From the NCBI RefSeq assembly GCF_009914755.1, contig NC_060930.1: 64,000 nucleotides of DNA, one strand, 5' to 3'. Source of the DNA: the human T2T-CHM13v2.0 reference genome, Homo sapiens. Below, piece by piece: positions 55,531-64,000 of this stretch. The position numbers and the translations under genes were made by a program. A model generated the notes under the pieces. That model saw only the letters and a program-made list of their open reading frames with translations, ran no database searches and was not told where the DNA came from. The stretch's first letter is position 1; each line of letters starts with the position of its first letter.

Positions 55531-57678
55531 AGCCTTCATCAGCTTTCTCTAGTTATGCTCTTTGCAGCTGAAATAATCTGAAAGTATCCCCTGTCCAGAA
55601 CACAGCCCTGTCTAGAGTCACTCAAGAAAGGGGCCTCAGAACCGTTGTGGCGCTTCAGCCTCCAGTCTCATGGATGCAGTTGATCACCACCATCACCACC
55701 AGCCCAGCGGAGGTCAGTCCTTCCCCAGGGCTTTTCAGGTGTTTCTGGCAGCACCTGTCATGTGCTCTGCACACCCTGATGCTGTATGTTTGTGTGTGCG
55801 TATCCACACCATGCAATCACGCACTGAACAGGAACACAGTTTACGTTAAGATTTCCCTGGAGCTCAGCACTGTGAGGGTTGGGAGCGAGCACCGTGGCTC
55901 GATGCCTTATCAGGGTGGTTGCACATCTGCGCTAGAACAGAATTCTGCAGGCCTCAAAGTCTATTAAAAAATCAAAGGAATGGAAACTGTTTACCCAAAC
56001 ACGAAAGGGAGGCTTTTATTCACGTGCACCGGCGGAAGCGGCCGGTTTGTTAAACACCTGCCCCTCAGCTGTGGCTGGCCCTTCAGGCAAAGCTCTGCCA
56101 CTCAAGGTGTTTGGAAAACACTGTCCAGACGAGGCCGTCATGAAACGGCTGCGCAGATGTTCAGCTGCCTTTTAGCAGAACAGATGGATTTTATGATTTA
56201 CAAAAGTGAAACCTTTCGCTCTCTTGGTGTTTTTTTGTGTGTCCTCTCTTCATCTGGGTGCACACAGGCCCCGGTGACACAGGCAATCCCAGAGCCCGCC
56301 CACGGCACCCAGACCGAACACAGCCAGCGATGCCTCCACACAGCCCAGATTAGAATTCTGGTTTCCTGGAATAAAAATCACACATTTCCCCAGGAGCTTC
56401 ACTCTTATCTCTTCTTTTTCTCCCAGCATCTTTCCAATTTACTCTAATATGGTTACAGAAATGCGTCCAGTTCAAAAATATTTTTAAAAACCAATCATGA
56501 ACTCTCTTTAGTGTAAAGTGAAATAAAATTCTGGGTATTAGCTAAACCTTTATTTGACATCTCAAGACATATTAAAGTTGAATTCTTTTTCACTGCTCTA
56601 AAATATTGTTTCAATGCAAGCAATAGGGCCCCTACTGTCCTGTTTTAATAAAGTGATTATTCCAAAGGAATGATCTGCTCTTGGATGAGAACATTTACAT
56701 ATGGCACTCTTTCTTCCAGGCAGGTATTTCCAACTCTGCTGTTTCTAAAAGGTCTCGAGAACTAGAGTGTTGGACGTGACTGAGATGGACTGAGAACACA
56801 TTCTTCCCCTTTAAGTTATTAGATTCTCGGTGGTCCCGGGCAAGGATTGGGAAACGTTTCATTCAACAGGGATTGAGCCTGTCGTGCTGTTGAGAGAAAC
56901 ATCAGGTGCATTTCAACATCTTCTCATGGAATTTCTGGCCATCAATCACTGCAGGACTGTAGGAGGGACCCTGGGGCCCGGGCAGTTCATGACACGGCCT
57001 GGAGGGAAGCATACCGGCCATGGCCTGAGTCCCAGAGCAGGACGGAGGCTGCGCCTGTCAGGGGGGCTTGCCAGCCTGCAGAGTGTAGACATCGTGTAAA
57101 TGTCAAGGAGTGTCACAGGACAAGCGTGTTGCTGAGAGAAGGTGTCCTGTGCGAGGTGTGCAGGGGTGATAGGTGTTGAGGATGCTGAGTCCAGAGGGCA
57201 GAGGCCTGGGGCGGTGGGCACGTCACCAGCAGAGAGGCCGCTGGAGACCACAGAGGAAGTCGAACCCAGGGGACAGAGCTGTGTCCCAGAATGAGCTGAC
57301 GGTCTCCATGGCTGCTTAGGTAGAGATGACAAGGGGGAAAGAGAAAGAGGCTTGGCAGTTTCTGTCCCAGGAAGAGGATGGTTCCACTAAAAGTAGAAGG
57401 CCCTGGCCCGCTGGGGCTTTCTCAGGGGCTGGAGGGGAATGCGAGGAGCTTGATGTTAGACACGGCGGCAAAGCTAATGTAGGTGGAGATGCACCTCTCT
57501 AGATGGACAGCTGGCAATTTGCTGGGGCGTGGACGTCACGTTGAGTCCATTGAGACGCAGGCCTGCAGGGAAGAGAAGTCGGGTCAGGGCGTTCTGCTCA
57601 GAGGCCTGAGGTGGGGAGGACGGGGCATGGAAGGAAATGCTGGAGGTTGGAGAGTGAGTCAGGAGGAGGTTGTCTTGG

Positions 57679-57985
57679 GGAGCAGTCACGGGGCCACAGG
57701 CATCTGAGATGGGGAGCGGAGACGGGAGCAGTCATGGGGCCACAGGCGTCTGAGATGGGAAGTGGAGAGCGGAGCACTCACAGGGCCACAGGCATCTGAG
57801 ATGGGGAGCGGAGAGGGGAGCGGTCACGGGGCCACAGGCGTCTGAGATGGGGAGCGGAGACGGGAGCAGTCACGGGGCCACAGGCATCTGAGATGGGAAG
57901 TGGAGAGTGGAGCACTCACAGGGCCACAGGCGTGTGAGATGGGGAGCGGAGAGGGGAACAGTCACGGGGCCACAGGCGTCTGAGA
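57679..57985. repeat. Minisatellite, 46-bp unit x about 6.7
   Basis: GGGCCACAGG at 57691, 57737, 57783, 57829, 57875, 57921 and 57967. Confidence 0.96.
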
Positions 57986-58090
57986 GACGGGGGAGCACGA
58001 GGCCCAAGAAGGCCGATGGGTTTAGGGTGGGAGGAGCTCCCTCTGGAGATCAGTGTTTCCACAAGGTGGTAGGGGCAGAGGAAGCAGGAT

Positions 58091-60180
58091 GGGTGCCGAT
58101 GAGGATGCGGTGCTGATGCGGTGCTGATACGGTGCTGATGAGGACGCGGTGCTGATGAGGACGCGGTGCTGATGCGGACAGGGTGCTGATGAGGACGTGG
58201 TGCTGATGAGGACAGGGTGCTGATGAGGACGTGGTGCTGATGAGGACAGGGTGCTGATGAGGACGCGGTGCTGATGAGGACGCGGTGCTGATGCGGACAG
58301 GGTGCTGATGAGGACGCGGTGCTGATGAGGACGCGGTGCTGATGAGGACGCGGTGCTGATGCGGACAGGGTGCTGATGAGGACGCGGTGCCGATGAGGAC
58401 GCGGTGCTGATGAGGACGCGGTGCTGATGCGGACAGGGTGCTGATGAGGACGTGGTGCTGATGAGGACAGGGTGCTGATGAGGACGTGGTGCTGATGAGG
58501 ACAGGGTGCTGATGAGGACGCGGTGCTGATGAGGACGCGGTGCTGATGCGGACAGGGTGCTGATGAGGACGCGGTGCTGATGAGGACAGGGTGCTGATGA
58601 GGACGCGGTGCTGATGAGGACGCGGTGCTGATGAGGACAGGGTGCTGATGAGGACGCGGTGCTGATGAGGACGCGGTGCTGATGAGGACGCGGTGCTGAT
58701 GAGGACAGGGTGCTGATGAGGACGCGGTGCTGATGAGGACGCGGTGCTGATGAGGACGCGGTGCTGATGAGGACAGGGTGCTGATGAGGACGCGGTGCCG
58801 ATGAGGACAGGGTGCCGATGAGGACGCGGTGCCGATGAGGACGCGGTGCCGATGAGGACGCGGTGCCGATGAGGACGCGGTGCTGATGCGGACAGGGTGC
58901 TGATGAGGACGCAGTGCCGATGAGGACGCGGTGCTGATGAGGACACGGTGCTGATGAGGACGCGGTGCTGATGCGGTGCTGATGAGGACACGGTGCTGAT
59001 GAGGACGCGGTGCTGATGAGGACGCGGTGCTGATGAGGACGCGGTGCTGATGCGGTGCTGATGAGGACACGGTGCTGATGAGGACGCGGTGCTGATGCGG
59101 TGCCGATGAGGACGCGGTGCCGATGAGGACGCGGTGCCGATGAGGACGCGGTGCCGATGAGGACGCGGTGCCGATGAGGACGCGGTGCCGATGAGGACGC
59201 GGTGCTGATGCGGACAGGGTGCTGATGAGGACGCGGTGCTGATGAGGACGCGGTGCCGATGAGGACGCGGTGCTGATGCGGTGCTGATGAGGACGCGGTG
59301 CTGACGCGGTGCTGATGCGGTGCTGATGATGACGCGGTGCCGATGAGGACGCGGTGCCGATGAGGACGCGGTGCTGATGAGGACGCGGTGCTGATGAGGA
59401 CGCGGTGCCGATGAGGACGCGGTGCTGATGCGGACAGGGTGCTGATGAGGACGCGGTGCTGATGAGGACGCGGTGCTGATGAGGACGCGGTGCCGATGAG
59501 GACGCGGTGCTGATGCGGTGCTGATGAGGACGCAGTGCTGATGAGGACGCGGTGCTGATGAGGACGCGGTGCTGATGCGGTGCTGATGAGGACGCGGTGC
59601 TGATGAGGACGTGGTGCTGATGCGGTGCTGATGAGGACACGGTGCTGATGAGGACGCGGTGCTGATGAGGACGCGGTGCTGATGCGGTGCCGATGAGGAC
59701 GCGGTGCCGATGAGGACGCGGTGCCGATGAGGACGCGGTGCTGATGAGGACGCGGTGCCGATGAGGACGCGGTGCTGATGCGGTGCTGATGAGGACGCAG
59801 TGCTGATGAGGACGCGGTGCTGATGAGGACGCGGTGCTGATGCGGTGCTGATGAGGACGTGGTGCTGATGAGGACGCGGTGCTGATGAGGACGCGGTGCT
59901 GATGAGGACAGGGTGCTGATGAGGACGCGGTGCTGATGAGGACGCGGTGCTGATGAGGACGCGGTGCTGATGCGGTGCTGATGAGGACACGGTGCTGATG
60001 AGGACGCGGTGCTGATGAGGACGCGGTGCTGATGCGGTGCTGATGAGGACGCGGTGCCGATGAGGACGCGGTGCCGATGAGGACGCGGTGCCGATGAGGA
60101 CGCGGTGCTGATGCGGTGCTGATGAGGACGCGGTGCTGATGAGGACGCGGTGCTGATGAGGACGCGGTGCTGATGAGGAC
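58091..60180. repeat. Large minisatellite, 17-bp unit GGTGCTGATGAGGACGC (plus 11-bp variant), about 2.1 kb
   Basis: Over 120 units visible, with variants GACAG, GACGT, GACAC, GCCGAT and GGTGCTGATGC. Confidence 0.98.
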
Positions 60181-60685
60181 GGCGAAGGTCAGGAAGTGCT
60201 AGTTCCGAGCGAGGAGGGAACAGGAGGTGAGCGGGCTGGGCTTTAGGGTGAGGCGAGGCTCATGAAGACTAAAGAGCCAGGGAGGCGCAGGAACCAGGGA
60301 GTTGAGGATCCAGGGCTCTGCCGAGGGGGCCTCAGCGGGGAGGCGTGAAGCCGAACAGAACGACAGGCAGAGGTGGAGGCTGATGCTGACTGTGTGCTGA
60401 AGCCGGCCCTGTGAAGTAGGCAGCCCCATCACTTGGTTCACGGACACGCAGTTCTCAAGGGCGTGCAACCTGCCAGGCGCTGCAGAGCGTCCGGGATGAA
60501 AACACTAACATGGATCACTCGCAGGTCCCCCTGGAGTCAGGAGGGATAACCCGGAAAGAGGCCCCTGTGGTGTGTGCCACAGCCCACAGGGCAGTTCAGT
60601 GCCCAGCAGCACCAGGTGGCAGGAGGTGCCTAGGGCAGGCGCCCCTGTGCAGGACGCTGGGGGACACAAGGGGTTTGGCTGCAAG

Positions 60686-61870
60686 ACAGGAGGGAGGGAT
60701 GGGATGGGGACAGGAGAGAGGCACGGGGACAGGAGGGATGCGATGAGGGACCAGAGGGATGAAATGGGATTGGGGACGGGAGGGAGGGATGGGGACAGAA
60801 GGGAGGGAAATGGGATGGGAGGGATGGGATGGGGACAGAAGGGACGGATGGGGACAGAAGGGAGGGAAATGGGATGGGAGGGATGGGATGGGGACAGGAG
60901 GGACGGATGGGGACAGGAGGGAGGGATGGGGACAGAAGGGAGGGAAATGGGATGGGAGGGATGGGATGGGGACAGAAGGGACGGATGGGGACAGAAGGGA
61001 GGGAAATGGGATGGGAGGGATGGGATGGGGACAGGAGGGACGGATGGGGACAGAAGGGAGGGAAATGGGATGGGAGGGATGGGATGGGGACGGGAGGGAG
61101 GGATGGGGACAGAAGGGAGGGAAATGGGATGGGAGGGATGGGATGGGGACAGGAGGGAGGGATGGGGACAGGAGGGAGGGATGGGGACAGAAGGGAGGGA
61201 AATGGGATGGGAGGGATGGGATGGGGACAGGAGGGAGGGATGGGGACAGAAGGGAGGGAAATGGGATGGGAGGGATGGGATGGGGACAGGAGGGAGGGAT
61301 GGGGCAGAAGGGACGGATGGAGACAGGAGGGAGGGATGGGGACAGAAGGGAGGGAAATGGGATGGGAGGGATGGGATGGGGACAGGAGGGAGGGATGGGG
61401 CAGAAGGGACGGATGGAGACAGGAGGGAGGGATGGGGACAGAAGGGAGGGAAATAGGATGGGAGGGATGGGATGGGGACAGAAGGGAGGGAAATGGGATG
61501 GGAGGGATGGGATGGGGACAGGAGGGAGGGAAATAGGATGGGAGGGATGGGATGGGGACAGGAGGGAGGGATGGGGACAGAAGGGAGGGAAATGGGATGG
61601 GAGGGATGGGATGGGGACAGGAGGGAGGGATGGGGCAGAAGGGACGGATGGAGACAGGAGGGAGGGATGGGGACAGAAGGGAGGGAAATGGGATGGGAGG
61701 GATGGGATGGGGACAGGAGGGAGGGATGGGGCAGAAGGGACGGATGGAGACAGGAGGGAGGGATGGGGACAGAAGGGAGGGAAATGGGATGGGAGGGATG
61801 GGATGGAGACAGACAGGAGGGAGGGATGGGGTACAGGAGGATCTCAGCTGGGGGACAGGAGGGATGAGAC
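60686..61870. repeat. Purine-rich GGGA/GGGAT minisatellite, about 1.2 kb
   Basis: Modules GGGATGGGGACAGGAGGGA (19 bp) and GGGATGGGGACAGAAGGGAGGGAAATGGGATGGGAGGGAT. Confidence 0.97.
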
Positions 61871-62496
61871 AGGGTAGTTGGGCTTCCAGAAAGGCCAAGG
61901 AGAGCTTCTCTGGAGTCTGTACAGAAGCAGGAAGCTCAGTGAGGACACCCCTGGGATCCTGCTGATGAGGGAGAAGAGAGCTTTACACTCAGGCCCAGGC
62001 TGTCCCCGCTGGCTGCTGTGGCGCTCGGCTCTGGGAGAGGCCCGTGCTGCTTTTCCTGCGCGACACCAGCAGGAGTGATGTGGAGGAGAGGCTGACAGGC
62101 TCAGAAAGTGAGGGACGGGCTCCATCCAAATCGATGGGCAGTGAAGATTGGCATGGGGCTGAGAGCCCAGGACAGCTGCACAGGGACCACACTGACCACG
62201 GCACCCACTCAGCATTTTCCCTCGTGGGCCAGGATGCTTATCCTCCTCTGAAGGGAACCCTGTCAGTGCTGACCATCTTTTACCAGGTATTGGAGGATGC
62301 TTAGCAAAATCCTTTGACCAAAGGCTCGACATTCACAGATTCTAGACGTTCCTATGAAAATACCTACTTATTTCCACTGGACTGAACTCTGATTAAAATA
62401 AAAACAAGGACACCAGGAAAGACTACACAAAGCCTGTATGCCCCATAGTTGCCTCGGAGAACCCAGGAATCATGCAGGTGGGCCTGGGGAAGCCCA

Positions 62497-63030
62497 ATGT
62501 GTGTGACACCATGTGGGGCTGGCGCATCCCTGCTCTGACATGTGTGTATCCCTGCCGTGATGTGTGGGGCTGGCACGTCCCTGCTGTGACATGTGTGACA
62601 CCACGTGGGGCCGGCGTGTCCCTGCTGTGATGTGTGTGACACCATGTGGGGCCGGCACGTCCCTGCTGTGACATGTGTGACACCACGTGGGGCCGGCGTG
62701 TCCCTGCTGTGACATGTGTGACACCACGTGGGGCCGGCGTGTCCCTGCTGTGACATGTGTGACACCACGTGGGGGCCGGCGTGTCCCTGCTGTGATGTGT
62801 GTGACACCACGTGGGGCCGGCGTGTCCCTGCTGTGACATGTGTGTATCCCTGCCGTGATGTGTGACACCATGTGAGGCCGGCGTGTCCCTGCTGTGACGT
62901 GTGTATCTCAGCCATGGTGTGCGACCCCACACGGGGGCTGGTGTGTCACTGCTATGACGTGTGTGACACCACGCGGGGGCCAGTGTGTCCCTGCTGTGAC
63001 CTGTGCGACACCATGCAGGTGCTGGCATGT
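62497..63030. repeat. Minisatellite, 41-bp unit x about 13 (degenerate ends)
   Basis: Unit GTGACATGTGTGACACCACGTGGGGCCGGCGTGTCCCTGCT; CCCTGCTG at 62579, 62620, 62661 and 62702. Confidence 0.96.
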
Positions 63031-63659
63031 CCCAGCCATGTGTCAGGCCACTGCTGTCTGTCAGTATCACCCCAGAAGCTCAGCATGAAGACAGCATGGC
63101 TGCCTGAATTTATAGATGAGAAAATGAGGCTCAGCGTGGTGATCACCTTATGAAATCATGGGATACGATTTAAATGAGGGTTGGAGGAGGCATTTGAACA
63201 GTGTCACTGAGAACGTGGCATGACGCTGTGTCTGACCAGCAAATGCGAAGGTTTTATGTGGCTTGTGGACCCGTTTCAGGCTCTCCTGAGAGACGGTACC
63301 TGGGAGCAGTGGCCTGAAGCACCTCCTGGGGCCTCTAAGTCCCGTATCGAGTGGCCGGCGCCATGTCCCATCACTCAGGGTCTCCTTTAAGTGCCGAACT
63401 TCACTGAGTCTGCAGCACTGTGGATTCAAAGACAGTCTGTTATTTTATGTTCCACTAAGAAAGAAAATACACTGCCAAGTACACTAAAGCAGAATGCTTC
63501 TTTCTGATTTGGAAGTTTTATTTTATATTTATTTAAAGGGTTCTTTCAATGTATTTTGTGGAATATCTACATGTATATCTACATACATCTATCTATTTAT
63601 ACATAGACTTGTATTATATATTATTGTTTTGAAATCACAGGAAGGACAGTGAAAGCGAA

Positions 63660-64000
63660 CAGTCTTGGTGAATTCGGGTTTCTATAACAAGCTACCATTA
63701 ACCGGGTGGTTTATAAAAATCAGAAATTCATTTCCCATAGTTCTAGGGGCTGGAAGTCCAAGCCCAGGACAGCAGAATTATGGGGTTCTTGTGAGGCCCC
63801 TCTGCGAGGTTGCAAATGGCGCCTTCTCACTGTGTCTTTATGTGGTGGAGGGGAGAAGATCTCTGAGGTCCCTTTTGTAAGGGCGCTAACCCCATTCACC
63901 AGGGCTTCACTCTCATGACCCCATCACCTCCCCAAGACCCCACCTCCTCGCCCATTGATATGGGGTGAGGATTTTAGTATTGGGATTTGGGGGAACACAA
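63660..64000 (-). mobile_element. MaLR LTR (MSTD/MLT1A-like), runs off the window
   Basis: AGAAATTCATTTCCCATAGTTCTAGGGGCTGGAAGTCCAAG...CTCATGACC...CACCTCCCAAGACCCCACCTC. Confidence 0.82.

Noticed and set aside
57916-59990. 574- and 646-aa ORFs
   Set aside because: Translations of the 17-bp VNTR strand that happens to lack stops; open in several frames, no domain or gene context
58091-60200. CTGATGA in most units, resembling the hammerhead ribozyme core and snoRNA box C/D motifs
   Set aside because: No GAAA after a stem II and no stems I/III; no terminal stem or guide; a 7-mer match alone is insufficient
60572-61965. Gly/Trp-rich and Pro-rich ORFs up to 422 aa
   Set aside because: Artefacts of the GGGA minisatellite, open in nearly all frames

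Overview
Primate (most likely human) genomic DNA, not microbial. I recognise no intact protein-coding gene, rRNA, tRNA or CRISPR array. Much of the window is interspersed repeat: about 14 Alu/FLAM copies, many L1 fragments, MaLR/ERVL/ERV1 solo LTRs, MER5 and MER30 hAT elements, and a Ricksha MULE transposon with transposase remnants. Eight minisatellites are present, four of them packed into 57.7-63.0 kb, which suggests a distal chromosome band. All long ORFs (over 200 aa) come from tandem repeats, repeats or chance. A CpG island at about 43.4-44.4 kb is built around a GC-box/MRE-core-rich VNTR with a TATA-like box. It may drive a spliced minus-strand transcript, probably non-coding (candidate exons at 43.5k, 32.8k, 28.6k, 22.5k, 14.9k and 10.3-9.6k, inferred from splice and poly(A) signals only). 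The most unusual directly visible structures are a 31-bp templated insertion copied from one LTR into another, a head-to-head Alu pair sharing private mutations, a twin-primed inverted old L1, and an in-frame VNTR expansion inside a MULE transposase remnant. I see no convincing new biological system. Subfamily calls are by eye and coordinates of old repeats are approximate.
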